DNA of 63,652 bases, filler included, from Circinaria calcarea (taxonomy: Eukaryota): the NCBI GenBank assembly GCA_051942165.1. It is 8 parts of 8 records of this genome, joined end to end, with 100 filler letters (N's around TTAATTAATTAA, not from the genome) between each part and the next. Parts side by side here need not be neighbours in the genome. Positions count along the whole stretch, not along the records: positions 7,977 to 15,850 come from JAVECS010001225.1; positions 15,951 to 23,824 come from JAVECS010001226.1; 6 more parts are not named here. The stretch is one strand, 5' to 3'. This document shows, piece by piece, positions 12,375-23,924 of this stretch. The translations under genes and the position numbers were made by a program. Every line of letters begins with the position of its first letter. Positions within the stretch are counted from its first letter, which is position 1. The notes beneath the pieces are model-generated. The model saw only the letters and a program-made list of their open reading frames with translations, made no database searches and had not been told where the DNA came from.

Positions 12375-15300
12375 ATGGGGGACCTTCGCACATGGGTTTC
12401 GGATCATCTCATCAAGCTCACCGGCGCCAGTGACGCCAACGTCGTTGATTTCGTCCTAGCAATCGCCTCCGGTGCCAGATCTTCATCGTTGTTGGAACAA
12501 AAGTTATCCGACTTCCTAGATGGCTCTCACGATGATCTGGCCGCCTTCGCCAATGACCTATACTATAGGTTACCGCGGAACGGCAGATCTTCAAATTCGA
12601 ATGGGTCCATGCAGAAAGCGAAGGAAAGTGGGATGAAGGAGGTGAAGAAGAAGTACAAGTTGTTGGAGATGGAGGATAATGACTTAGCACCGATCAAAGT
12701 AGCAAGTCTAGAAAAGGATACCAAGAAGAGCCAGGAGAAGGAGGAGACAAATGGGAGAACGATCAGCTCCACGAAAGGGAGGGAAAGAAGTCGGGAGAAA
12801 AACGGGGACAGACACAGACCGAAGAAGCTGAGGCGGCGTGGAGACGGAGACTTTGAAGATCGGTGGGGCGACGAAGAGTTCGAAGAGGAAGGCGAGGACG
12901 ACCACTTCAAGCAGTCACCGAGCAAGCGTGTCAGACTCAATGATGGCTCTGCCTCACCGGTGGAGGAAGAATTGGACGAGGAGACGCGTGCGGAGCAGGA
13001 AAGATTAAGGGATATAGCGGAGCGTGATTCCTTCGCCAAGAGACTAAATGAGAAAGACTCTGAAAAGACAAAGAAGCTGGTCGAGGATCGGTCTTCTACA
13101 AAAGAGAGCAAAGCGTTGGCGCAGCGAAGGGCGCTAGCAGAAGATGCCGCAGCGAGGCAAAAGGCCATGCCGGAAATTAGAGAAAGGGCAAGGCAGGTCT
13201 ATCTCGATAAAAGGGCAACGGAAAAACTAGCCTTGTTGAGGAAGCAAGTGGCCGAGGAGGCAGAAGAGGAGCGGACAAATCCTCAACTACACAAGAGAGA
13301 GCTTGCAGAATTTGCGAGAAACAGGGAGGTCCTAAGGCTTGCAGAGGAGAGAGCAAGGGTCGATGATCACATTGATGGCTATGCATTACCCGAAGACTAC
13401 ATCACAGAAAGGGGAAAGATCGATAGGAAGAAAAAACAGGATGCACTCTACAAGCGAGATGTCGTTAGAGATGAGCATGGGAAGGAGAAATACGTGGATG
13501 AAATTGAGGAATGGGAGAGGGAGCAAACGACAAAGGCAAAAGCGCAAATTTCACGGCCAGAAAGGATCGATGAAGGGGAGTACGAATATGTCTTTGACGA
13601 TGCACAAAAGATTCAGTTCGTCATGGATTCTAGGCTCGAAGGTGATGGCAAGCAGCTTACTGCAGACCAGAAATTCATGCAGCAACAGCTAAAGGCTGCC
13701 GAGGCAAAAGCTGCTTCGATTGATGACACGCGGAAAAGCTTACCAATATATACATATCGAGAACAGTTGCTCGCGGCAGTTGCCGAGTATCAAGTTCTGA
13801 TCATCGTTGGGGAAACCGGAAGTGGGAAAACAACTCAAATTCCTCAATACCTTCATGAAGCAGGCTATACCAAAGGCGGCCTCAAAGTTGGATGCACCCA
13901 GCCCAGGCGAGTGGCAGCTATGAGTGTCGCCGCTCGTGTTGCGGATGAAATGGGCGTCAAAGTCGGTAATGAAGTTGGATATGCTATTCGATTTGAGGAT
14001 GCTACGTCCGATAAAACTGTTTTAAAGTACATGACCGATGGTATGCTGCTACGAGAGTTCTTAACCGAGCCAGATTTAGGTGGTTACTCCGCCCTGATGA
14101 TTGACGAAGCCCACGAAAGGACACTACACACGGATATTCTGTTTGGTTTGGTCAAAGATATAGCCAAGTTTCGGCCGGAACTGAGGCTTTTGATCTCTTC
14201 TGCGACCATGGATGCACAGAAGTTTGCTACCTTCTTCGATGACGCCCCTATCTTTAACATACCTGGTAGAAGATATCCCGTTGATATCCATTATACCTCA
14301 CAGCCAGAGGCCAACTATCTAGCTGCGGCTGTAACGACGATATTTCAGATCCATATCAGTCAAGGAAAGGGAGACATATTGGTCTTTCTTACCGGTCAGG
14401 AGGAGATTGAAGCTGCGGAGCAAAATCTTCAAGAGACTGCAAGAAAGCTTGGGTCGAAGATACCGGAGATGATTATTTGCCCCATCTATGCCAATCTTCC
14501 GTCGGAATTGCAAAGCAAGATCTTTGAACCGACTCCCCCAGGAGCCAGAAAAGTGGTTTTGGCCACCAATATTGCCGAAACAAGCCTTACTATTGACGGA
14601 ATCGTATATGTTATCGATCCCGGTCTCGTCAAAGAAAATGTATACAACTCGCGCACTAGCATGGAATCACTGGTTGTTACTCCTTGTTCCCGAGCCTCCG
14701 CAAACCAACGTAGTGGACGCGCAGGTCGTGTGGGCCCTGGCAAATGCTTTCGCCTCTACACCAAATGGGCTTTCCATAACGAACTCGAGGCGAACACCAC
14801 CCCTGAGATCCAACGCACAAATCTCAACAGCGTCGTCCTCCTCCTCAAGTCCCTCGGAATCAACAATCTCATCGAGTTTGATTTCATGGATCCACCGCCT
14901 AACGAAACACTCATAGGTGCCATCGAACAGCTCTATGCCCTCGGTGCCATTAATCATCGAGGAGAACTGACCAAGACAGGACGGCAGATGGCCGAATTCC
15001 CAACCGATCCAATGCAGGCCAAAGCCATCCTTGCGGCAGACAAACACGGCTGCGTAGAAGAAGTGCTCTCCATCATTGCCATGCTAGGAGAAGCCTCGGC
15101 CCTCTTCTACCGCCCTAAAGATAAGAAAATCCACGCCGACTCCGCCCGCAACCGCTTCACCATTAAAGAAGGTGGCGACCACTTCTCCCTCCTGAACATC
15201 TGGAATCAATGGGTCGATTCCGACTTCAGTTATGTCTGGGCTAAAGAAAACTTCCTCCAACAGCGCAGCCTCACGCGTGCCCGCGACGTGCGCGACCAAC

Positions 15301-15680
15301 TCGCCAAGCTCTGCGACAGAGTCGAAGTCTCCATCTCCACCGTAGGCGCCAACGACCTCGTTCCCATCCAGAAATCCATCACGGCCGGTTTCTTCCCGCA
15401 CGCCGCACGTCTCCAGAGAGGAGGCGACAGCTACCGCGGGGTCAAGAACAACATGACGGTGCACCTGCACCCGAGCAGTACACTGTTCGAAGAGAAACCT
15501 AAGTGGGTCCTGTATCATGAGCTGGTGCTGACGAGCAAGGAATACATGCGTAGCAATATGCCAATTGCGCCCGAGTGGCTGAATGAGGTGGCGCCGCATT
15601 ACTACAAGAAGGGGGAAGTGGAGGGTGAGAAGAAGATGCCAAAGGGGACCGGGGCGGCGGTGGAGAGGAGTCGGATTTAG
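12375..15680 (+). CDS. PRP2: DEAH-box pre-mRNA splicing helicase Prp2/DHX16 (S. pombe Cdc28-like)
   Basis: Single-exon ~1100 aa. PWI-like N-terminus, GETGSGKTTQIPQYL, TQPRRVAA, DEAHER, SAT, QRSGRAGR, then HA2/OB-fold. Confidence 0.93.
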   Translation: MGDLRTWVSDHLIKLTGASDANVVDFVLAIASGARSSSLLEQKLSDFLDGSHDDLAAFANDLYYRLPRNGRSSNSNGSMQKAKESGMKEVKKKYKLLEMEDNDLAPIKVASLEKDTKKSQEKEETNGRTISSTKGRERSREKNGDRHRPKKLRRRGDGDFEDRWGDEEFEEEGEDDHFKQSPSKRVRLNDGSASPVEEELDEETRAEQERLRDIAERDSFAKRLNEKDSEKTKKLVEDRSSTKESKALAQRRALAEDAAARQKAMPEIRERARQVYLDKRATEKLALLRKQVAEEAEEERTNPQLHKRELAEFARNREVLRLAEERARVDDHIDGYALPEDYITERGKIDRKKKQDALYKRDVVRDEHGKEKYVDEIEEWEREQTTKAKAQISRPERIDEGEYEYVFDDAQKIQFVMDSRLEGDGKQLTADQKFMQQQLKAAEAKAASIDDTRKSLPIYTYREQLLAAVAEYQVLIIVGETGSGKTTQIPQYLHEAGYTKGGLKVGCTQPRRVAAMSVAARVADEMGVKVGNEVGYAIRFEDATSDKTVLKYMTDGMLLREFLTEPDLGGYSALMIDEAHERTLHTDILFGLVKDIAKFRPELRLLISSATMDAQKFATFFDDAPIFNIPGRRYPVDIHYTSQPEANYLAAAVTTIFQIHISQGKGDILVFLTGQEEIEAAEQNLQETARKLGSKIPEMIICPIYANLPSELQSKIFEPTPPGARKVVLATNIAETSLTIDGIVYVIDPGLVKENVYNSRTSMESLVVTPCSRASANQRSGRAGRVGPGKCFRLYTKWAFHNELEANTTPEIQRTNLNSVVLLLKSLGINNLIEFDFMDPPPNETLIGAIEQLYALGAINHRGELTKTGRQMAEFPTDPMQAKAILAADKHGCVEEVLSIIAMLGEASALFYRPKDKKIHADSARNRFTIKEGGDHFSLLNIWNQWVDSDFSYVWAKENFLQQRSLTRARDVRDQLAKLCDRVEVSISTVGANDLVPIQKSITAGFFPHAARLQRGGDSYRGVKNNMTVHLHPSSTLFEEKPKWVLYHELVLTSKEYMRSNMPIAPEWLNEVAPHYYKKGEVEGEKKMPKGTGAAVERSRI

Positions 15681-15850
15681 AGAAAGTGCACAAAAGTGTG
15701 CGCAGTAGAAGATCCGTGTAGCGGTCAAACGGTATTGCGTGGATCTATCTACCTAGGCGATCCCTCCGAGCATTTACGACACCCAAGAACCGAAGGAAAC
15801 TTAGCATTCTCTCTTCTTTTTTCCAAGGTTCATCTCATATCGTACGTAGC

Positions 15851-15950
15851 NNNNNNNNNNNNNNNNNNNNNNNNNNNNNNNNNNNNNNNNNNNNTTAATT
15901 AATTAANNNNNNNNNNNNNNNNNNNNNNNNNNNNNNNNNNNNNNNNNNNN
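15851..15950. other. Artificial contig linker
   Basis: 44 N + TTAATTAATTAA + 44 N. Confidence 0.99.
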
Positions 15951-15951
15951 A

Positions 15952-16962
15952 GCTGCTGCCCATAACCAATGCGAAGCAATTTTCATCCTGCTGTTGAAGA
16001 CCTTGGGAGATCGCCACGTCAGAGCGGGCTTCGACCAGGCTGTTGAGCATCTTTCCAAGTACAACCCTCGAGCTTCCAGTGACCAGAGTCAACCTGGTGT
16101 TGCCCCGTTGGTAATGTTCTTGGAGCTTGTCAGCGTTGGAGACCTTATCCAGCAAATGCTAGACGTCTTCTATGAACAAGAGCTTGTAGCAACCAAGCTG
16201 ACAGATCGAAATGATTTTCTTAATCCCACCGTCAAAGAGAAAAAGCGTTTCGAGCAAATGCTTGACGAACGTGTCGCTGCAGGCCTGAACAAAGGAATCG
16301 AGGTTCTCATGGCGGAAGTCGAGTTTATATGTGCTACTACGCAAAACGTCGAGGACTTCAACCCTGGTGCAACTGGTATTGCTATCAGCAAGCTCGTGGA
16401 TGTCAGCCCTACCAACACGGCAGTCTGGGTGGTTGATGTGGTTTCGGCTCATACGAAAATGCTTGTGGGGAGTACTGATAAAAACATGCTTGATGTTTTC
16501 AATCAGGAGGTCGGGCTGAGACTTTACGCCACACTATGTAAACACCTGAAAAGACAGCGCATCAGCGTCGCCGGATCGATCAGATTGATCAGGTGAGATT
16601 TCGCCTCTTAAAGTCATTCATAATCCTGTCAACCAACAACTCAATCTTGCGCACTTCTCTTGCACTCAATGTGCCATGCTGACTCTACCAGCGACATGAA
16701 CCTCTACTTCAATTTCATCCAAACTTTCAAGAACCAAGATCTCTTACAATACTTCAGCGCTCTTCGCGAGCTTGCGCAAATCTACCTAATCAGTCCTGCC
16801 GACGCAAAAGAACTGGCTGCCATCATCGCCGACACCGAGCGCTTCCACGGCATCTTTCGGGCGGAGGAGGTCTACGAGTTCGCGGAGAGGCGGGCGGACT
16901 GGTATCAGGTGAAGAATCGGGTGGAGAAGGCCATGTATGGGTATGGGTGTCTGGTCATGTAG
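15952..16962 (+). CDS. RCY1: Recyclin-1 (Sec10-like F-box protein), C-terminal part; 5' truncated
   Basis: KKRFEQMLDERVAAGLNKGIEVL, VFNQEVGLRL, intron ~16593-16690, IFRAEEVYEFAERRADW and a C-terminal CaaX box (CLVM). Confidence 0.85.
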
Positions 16963-18329
16963 AAAAGTCTATCTTGGGGAGGGGCTTGGCGTTCAGCGTT
17001 GTTGATCTTTTGGGCCAGTGGTAGTCGTCGGGTTAGAGTCATTGATTTGGGTTTCGCGATACGATGACGAAGTTCATTTCGTTGGTAGGAGAGCTACTCT
17101 TGGCGTTTCCAGCGCCCATATCCATGTGCATGTCTCAATGTGAATCTCACCTCACGCACTACATACACTGGTCCTGTTCCTAGTTTGTTTCTGGTCCGAC
17201 GTGGATCATTGTGGAACTAGGCATGAATGAGGAATGCTCAAGAATTCTCTTGCGGGTAAAGAGCTGACCTAGTTAATATTGTAGACCATTCTGATTGTTG
17301 CGATGTAGAGCTCAGGCCGAAGTAGCAAACATCGCGTTTAAACGATCATTCAGCCGGTAAGTAGCTGCTGTTCATCGTAATCAATGCTGTCTTCGAAATA
17401 TTCACAAAGGCCCGAAGTCGAACTTGTTTCACGACTTCGGGCAAGGGTCAATCTCCAAAAAGCTTCATACCGCCCTCGGGAGGCTCGTTATCGCATGCTA
17501 TTCACGGATGAGTTCGTTGGATCGATATCTTAGACCCTCCCCGATACCGCCATATACTGAGAATGAAATCTCCAGACACCCTCCGTTTACCAGAGCGCCG
17601 TACTCAGTGGGCTTCAGACCGTCGGTCGCAGGGACTTTGATATGCTTACATCCAAAACTTGCTTTTTCGATCGCAATTATATAGTTATCTGGTCGGTATC
17701 AAAAAGTTTTTTAAGATTATCAACGTCCAATCCTCGTTTCGTCTTCTTCGACTCAGTGGCCGTAGGTTTAGTAGGTGCCATGACTGGATCTCAATGTTTA
17801 ACTGAAAGAAGACTGGGTTTAATGGACCATGAAAAGGTACGAGTCACAACTCTAATTCTGATCTCGTAGTCCAGGGAGCACACTTGGTAAGTATTTCCAC
17901 CGGCAATTGCCCGGAGCTACCTGGCTTAGCCTATAGGTGGCGTACTTCACCCCTACGAACCCTACGGGTGAATTATATACCGAGGTCACGAGGTATTGGC
18001 TTAGCGAGGGAGGTTTTCTCGCGAAGCGTTACACCAGAATTCTTTAGCAATAATTTATACGCCATGCGAACCAATTAAGCACATTATCACACAGTTTACC
18101 GACCCTTATTCGTAAGATCATTATACTATTCGTAAAGGATCCTTACAGTTTTATTGCTATAACTGCAGGCCGCAGACACCATGCACAGTTGGCAACCTCT
18201 CGGGTAGATACCGTCCTCAAGGTCGCAAGGATGCTTATTCATCCGCAAAACCCCCCCCCCTCTTCTTCCTCGCTGTCCTCCTCGACGGCAGCCCCTAGGG
18301 CCGTAACAGCGTCCCTTTAGGAATTTAAC

Positions 18330-18900
18330 ATGCCATCGAAGAAGATACGGGCCTCGTTAAGGTTCGATTGGCTGAGAGGCGCCTCCAAAATTTCCCTAAA
18401 GACCTCTTATAATTATCATCATCTCCTCAAGGCGGCTAAGAGCAGCCGGGACATCGGCGGCAAGAGCAAGGGTAGGGGCGGTAAGAGTGGTAGGAGCGGC
18501 AGGGGCGACGGCGGAGGCGGTAGAGGTAAAGGCGGCGGCAGAGGTAGAGGTAGAGGGCACCACCACGGAAAAGCCTAAGAACTGCGGTCAGCACCTAATC
18601 GCGAGGATTTTCGTAAATTTATTACGCCCACTAACGCACTAGTCATTATGACGTGTGCATTCGGCACATTTGGTTAAAACGGGAGAAAAATAGTATTCTC
18701 GAAAAATACGCTTTTTACGGCTGCTGCTGCATCTGGCGCAGGCACGGGAGGCCAGGGTACCATGTTCGTAAAAAACGGCTTGCCGATATTGCTCCCGGCG
18801 GTCTAAAGCGTTTAGAACCTTGTTAACGACGCAGGGTCGTTGAAACGGAAGCGCCGTAAGTTGAATCTTCTTGGACGTTAACTAGCGCGGGGCCCCCCTG
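18330..18900 (-). pseudogene. Degenerate Cys-cluster (DUF3716-like Zn-binding) ORF with in-frame stops; probable RIP-mutated TE-associated relic
   Basis: The minus frame reads PR*LTSKKIQLTALPFQRP...YEHGTLASRACARCSSSRKKRIFREYYFSPVLTKCAECTRHND*C. The TAG stops and a Tyr at an expected Cys fit C>T/G>A transitions; the surroundings are TpA-rich. Confidence 0.45.
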
Positions 18901-20241
18901 CGGGGTGACGAAAGAGAGGAATGCCCCCGAAACGGCCACAGCCCTACCGCCGACGGTAGTATGTCCCGGATGATTCATGTTTTATTATTTCATACACATA
19001 TATCAGCCAGAATTCCCATTAATCTAGAGGATGAACGTTTTCTTTATATGTTATATACGGCAAGAAGTGGCTGGATATACGGCAGGAATATGTTCACTGC
19101 AGGATTGCTAAGTGAAAGCGTTATTTTCAGAAAGGGGAATGATAAGAAATGCCCGCTTTGCATAGAAAAGTTATGCAGGAAAGTAAGAGAAAAGTGAGAC
19201 TTAGGAAGATACTCGATATATATCTGCCACAACGCTCGCAGAACTTACCACTCCGCGGAGCAGGGGGTATATCCAGAGTGACACTAAGCTCGCAGGAATT
19301 CGCAGAGGATCCGTAAAGCGTTATGAGATCTGGAATGCCGAAGGTGTTCGCAGGTAAGTAACGAGGCTACGAGACAGCGAAGTGAGAGCGAGATGAAGGA
19401 TAATCCGTGGAAGACTTGCGAGAAACTACGGAGCCTATGAGGACATATCTAATGAATGCTTCGTGATACCACTTTCAAATGATCTTAGACGAGGAAGGAA
19501 GAACAAAGCTGCAAAGCAATCAGTCCTTGTTAAATTCCTACTTAAATTGTGAGAAAAGAAATCAGTCTGGTAAAATCTGAATTAGCAGATCTTCCAAAAA
19601 CTGATGCCCCTTCTTATATGATCCAATGATCATATGTCATCCCTCTTTTCATAAATATACACCCGAGAGCCTGTTGGACCAGCAATATGCTGAGTTCTAA
19701 AGTAGCAGCACGAAGTCGCTGCAAAGGCGTACCTGGACGGTTCTTGTTTGACTTTCTTTCGACTTTTCCAAGAGTTTTGACATGGCGATGATAATGCGTA
19801 CGAGGGGTTTGAGGAAACGCTCTTGAGCGACAAGGCAGAGGGTGAGACATGACGGGTGAAGAAGAAAGCTGGAATCTCCGCGATCAAAAGCGGCGACAGC
19901 GGTCACGCTCATATCACATATAACAATGGGAGTGGGTACTTAGTAAAATACATTCAATAGCCTCATGGTGGATTGGATGCAAGAAGAATGAAACGGGGGT
20001 ATTGATTGAATTTTGTAATGTAGGTCTAGATACATAAAGGAAGTGGTCTATGATGGTACACAATGAAATCCTAGAGCAGAGCGAACATGGGAAAAACGGA
20101 CGACAGGTATGGTGCTTAAGGGATGAGCAAAGAGATGGTAGATGATTACTTCACCCCTTTTGATGAGGATCTTGATAAGTTTGTAAAGGAGGACAAAATA
20201 AGGAAGCAGCCGTAATGTACCGTATCGATAATAGTTTCCTA

Positions 20242-21709
20242 TCAGTCATAATCTATCTTATTACTAATCTGATCATTGTATTCGCCCAACAGTATATCGT
20301 CGGGTGCCGGACCCCGATTTGTACGAACTGCGACCCGGTTAGCCTCTTGTTGGAACGGTGGCACGAGTTACAACGCACCCCATTCAGTCTCTACGCGAAA
20401 GAAGATCCACATCCACCTCCGCAGAACCTCGAGAAACTCCATCACGAAGATAGTACCCTCCAGATCGTTCCAATGATCCAAATGTGGTGATAGCTTCAAA
20501 CTCCAAGTGCAGCGTAGCATTAAATCTATAATAATAGCAGCATAGTACATTTCTTTCGTGTGGAAGTGGGTATGTCGGCGTAAGCCCCATGGATGTTCTG
20601 GGTTGTTGCGTTCCTGGGATGGTGCGAGCAAAGTTAGGTCCCAATCCTTGGCCACATCCCAGTAAAAGGAGTAAAAGGAGTTGATGAACACAAAGAGAAG
20701 CCTATACCATAGGAGTATGTAATTAGTATCAGGAAAACTTCACTGGGTATTGCACCGACCATAGTCGAAAGAGGCCTGCCTCTGACATGCCAATCTTATT
20801 GGGATCATAACCTCGCTGGAGCGCACTGAGGATGATGACTGGGAAAGCACTTGAATATTTAAGAGCATTCGCAAGGTGTTGCCCGCCCCATCCCGTAGTG
20901 CTAGAACCACCCGGTTGCTGCTTGTCCTTCCTCACTCTTGAGAACTCGATCAAACATTGCCTTAGACGTATTACACTGGGTATACTGATGATGATCGGTA
21001 CTAGATAGGTTCCTCCACAAGCTCGGTCTGGTTTATCGGTGGATGAGTATTTGCTTGAGACAAGCATGCAACCTGATACAAACAGATCTCCAAAGACTTT
21101 GGCGTATGATGTAAGTACATCAGCCAATAGTATATCCCCGAATTTGCCATCTTGTGTTTCTGCAATTCCCCCAATGCTGATGCGCTTTAGGGTCGAGAGG
21201 AATCGATAGCGACCTGCCTTTGAAGCTCGTTGTAGTGGCAGCAGGAAGAAGACGGCAAGGAAGAGGAGATATGATTGTGGGAGGACTTGCCAGCTGCGGA
21301 CTAGGGACGCTTCTCCATGTGTGTTTGTCCAGAAGAGAAGGAGCGAAAAGACAAGCGGGATAGTAATGAGTGTCGCTAGGCGGTAAGTTCGAAGGTGGTG
21401 AGAGGGCCCGGTGGAAGTGGTTCGATTGGGGTATTTGATGAGAGCGGCAACGTCCTAGTAATTGTATAAGATGGTATGTAATCAAGACCGAGTAGAACTG
21501 CTCACGATCTTCAGTATTGATAGGTAGTGTAAGTTGACGGCCCATGCCCACACTGCTGCATCATGATGAGCATTGTTCCGAGTTTTGTTCCCCACCGTGA
21601 CGGGAGCTTTAAGCGTACCAAGTACTATGATGATCGCAATCCTATACGGTAGGGGAAGGATCAGGCTGAAGGAGTCTAGCTCTGGCTCGACGGTGGGATC
21701 TCCGTCCAT
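20242..21709 (-). CDS. ERD1: EXS-family protein Erd1 (ER retention defective)
   Basis: Multi-exon. ILPLPYRIAII, FGDILLADVLTSYAKV, IRLRQCLIE, HLANALKYSSAFP, NSFYSFYWDVAKDWDL, LEVLRRWMWIFFRVETEW; the last exon ends ...DYD* at 20242. Confidence 0.9.
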
Positions 21710-22061
21710 TGCCTCGAAGCATGTTCAGGAACTTGAGGTCAACGAGAGTCCCACGAATGAGTGACTTTAGTTAATGGAAGATGGGTATATTTAAGCCAAC
21801 TAACTCACTCCAATACAGCCCTTCAGAAGGTGGACGTATGATCTGTAAGTAGGTGCGAGTCCCAAAAGTGTAGTAATTATCCCCGAGGCATCTTCAGTCA
21901 CGGCTGCTCCCAATCATAGATACGCTAGTCGCAGCCCTATCAACCCCAGGTTCTGATGGCCGCTGGGTATTTCACAGTCCTCCAAAGCGAAGATACTCAA
22001 GCAGCACCGATCAGCGGCAGAGTCTTCGTTCTCTCAGACACCTTAATGCTTTCCCGATAGC

Positions 22062-23225
22062 ATGGGCCTCCCTCCCCAATCACACTCCCCCATCCATGAC
22101 ACACCCTCCTCCTCCTCCTCCAACCCCGTCGACAACTTCCAATACCCATTCGCCTCGGCCCCAGACATCATCCGCTCAAACCAGAAAGACACTTACTTCC
22201 AAAATGTTCTTTTCGAACAGCTCTCCAACATTCTCCGAAAGCTCTACGGGGCGCGTTTCATCCACAATTACACCTCCGAAGCCCATACCTTCACCGAGCT
22301 GCTCTACCTCGGCTGCACAACTCTGATAGGGAACCGGACACTTGGGGAAGAATACTGTGATGTTATACAGGTGGAGAATGATACCCTACGGTTCCCATCG
22401 ATTATTAGGAGGGCCGGATATATCGTCTCCAGCGTCCTCCTACCTTACCTTCTTACAAAACTCCTACCAAGTTTCCGCACCCGCGTACGCTTAAAACTAG
22501 AATCAAGTTTAAGGCATACAGAACGAAAGCAACAATCTTTCACCTATAGACTGAAAACCTACGTACTCAATAACCTCTCCACCCTCACATCCCCTTCCCC
22601 TTTTTACGCCCTTGGCCTCTCAATCTTCTACTTTAGCGGCTCCTATTACCACATCGGCAAAAGCCTCTTTGGTCTCCGCTACATCTTCACCAAACGCCTC
22701 TCACCCTCCGACCAGCGGATCGGTTATGAGGTTCTCGGAGTACTACTGATTTTACAAATGGCAGTACAAGGCTACCTTCACCTCCACAGCACAATTACCG
22801 ACCCACCACCACCTATGCTAGCAAACACTGCTCAATTGGGAGGCGGCAGCGCTCTACTAGAAGGCAGTGTTGAAATCGGTCTCAACCCCCACCCTCACAC
22901 ATCTGATGACCTAAACCACCTTCTCCTCGAATCAGACATCCCCACCCACTACGTTAGCAAGACTAGTATCGAACAAACCACCAATACCCCCGTCCTCCCA
23001 GGTCCTCGATACCATTTGAAAGAAAAAGAAGCCTTGGGATGGATCGAGGGAAGACAGCAGAGGAAGTGCACGCTGTGTTTAGAGGAAATGAAAGATCCAA
23101 GCGCGACTACTTGCGGACACGTCTTTTGCTGGATATGTATAACAGATTGGATCAAGGAAAAGCCGGAGTGTCCGCTTTGCAGGCAAGGGATTATGGGGCA
23201 GCATGTTTTGCCGCTGAGGGGATAA
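22062..23225 (+). CDS. PEX10: Peroxisomal RING E3 ligase Pex10
   Basis: YPFASAPDIIRSNQKD, GNRTLGEEYCD (Pex2/Pex12 N-terminal domain), C-terminal RING CTLCLEEMKDPSATTCGHVFCWICITDWIKEKPECPLCRQ. Confidence 0.95.
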   Translation: MGLPPQSHSPIHDTPSSSSSNPVDNFQYPFASAPDIIRSNQKDTYFQNVLFEQLSNILRKLYGARFIHNYTSEAHTFTELLYLGCTTLIGNRTLGEEYCDVIQVENDTLRFPSIIRRAGYIVSSVLLPYLLTKLLPSFRTRVRLKLESSLRHTERKQQSFTYRLKTYVLNNLSTLTSPSPFYALGLSIFYFSGSYYHIGKSLFGLRYIFTKRLSPSDQRIGYEVLGVLLILQMAVQGYLHLHSTITDPPPPMLANTAQLGGGSALLEGSVEIGLNPHPHTSDDLNHLLLESDIPTHYVSKTSIEQTTNTPVLPGPRYHLKEKEALGWIEGRQQRKCTLCLEEMKDPSATTCGHVFCWICITDWIKEKPECPLCRQGIMGQHVLPLRG

Positions 23226-23527
23226 GGGGGAATCTTGATGGATGATATATCGTCAGGGGGCTGGAACCGTCTGTATATGAAGGTTGGTTAGAAGGTAGTT
23301 GATTTACATTATAAAATCCTGTGAATGTACAACCCATACAAGCATGATCAATCGCGTCGGTGGGAGGGAGCCAGCAACAGATCTGACACACATCCTCGAA
23401 TCCTCTATGTCATTCATCGCCTTCTAATTCCACGACCGGAGCAGCTGAAGGGATCCAACCCCTTTTCATTCCTACAACATAGTGTATTAGGACGACCCTA
23501 TCACATCGCACCACACTACAGAAGAGA

Positions 23528-23824
23528 TCATCCGAGATTATCCTTCACCGCACCCACAACCGCCTCCGCCTTTTCCCTCACCTCTTTCCCAAAATCCACC
23601 GGCTCCTCCCCCATCGTCAACAACCGCGCCGTTTTCCCGCTCTCGTCGCAGATAATCATCCGCGCCAGGGTGCACCGGCCTGTCACATCCTGGTACGCCT
23701 CGGTGGCGGCTTTCTCTTTGGCCGCGAGAGAGGGGATGGAGATTTGCGTGAGGATGTGCAAGGTGCGGGCGACGAAGTCGTAGGTGTAGGTTAGGGCTTT
23801 GGAGGTGGGGGTGTGGGTGGAGAG
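23528..23824 (-). CDS. 3' end of an unidentified protein-coding gene (5' truncated by contig end)
   Basis: Open frame from the contig edge to the stop at 23528 (...VTGRCTLARMIICDESGKTARLLTMGEEPVDFG...) with coding-like composition; family not recognised. Confidence 0.55.
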   Translation of the reverse strand, partial: LSTHTPTSKALTYTYDFVARTLHILTQISIPSLAAKEKAATEAYQDVTGRCTLARMIICDESGKTARLLTMGEEPVDFGKEVREKAEAVVGAVKDNLG

Positions 23825-23924
23825 NNNNNNNNNNNNNNNNNNNNNNNNNNNNNNNNNNNNNNNNNNNNTTAATTAATTAANNNNNNNNNNNNNNNNNNNN
23901 NNNNNNNNNNNNNNNNNNNNNNNN
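23825..23924. other. Artificial contig linker
   Basis: 44 N + TTAATTAATTAA + 44 N. Confidence 0.99.

Noticed and set aside
18330..18578. Plus-strand Gly/Arg-rich ORF resembling an RGG protein
   Set aside because: It is the antisense shadow of the Ala/Pro/Thr-rich tract in the minus-strand relic.
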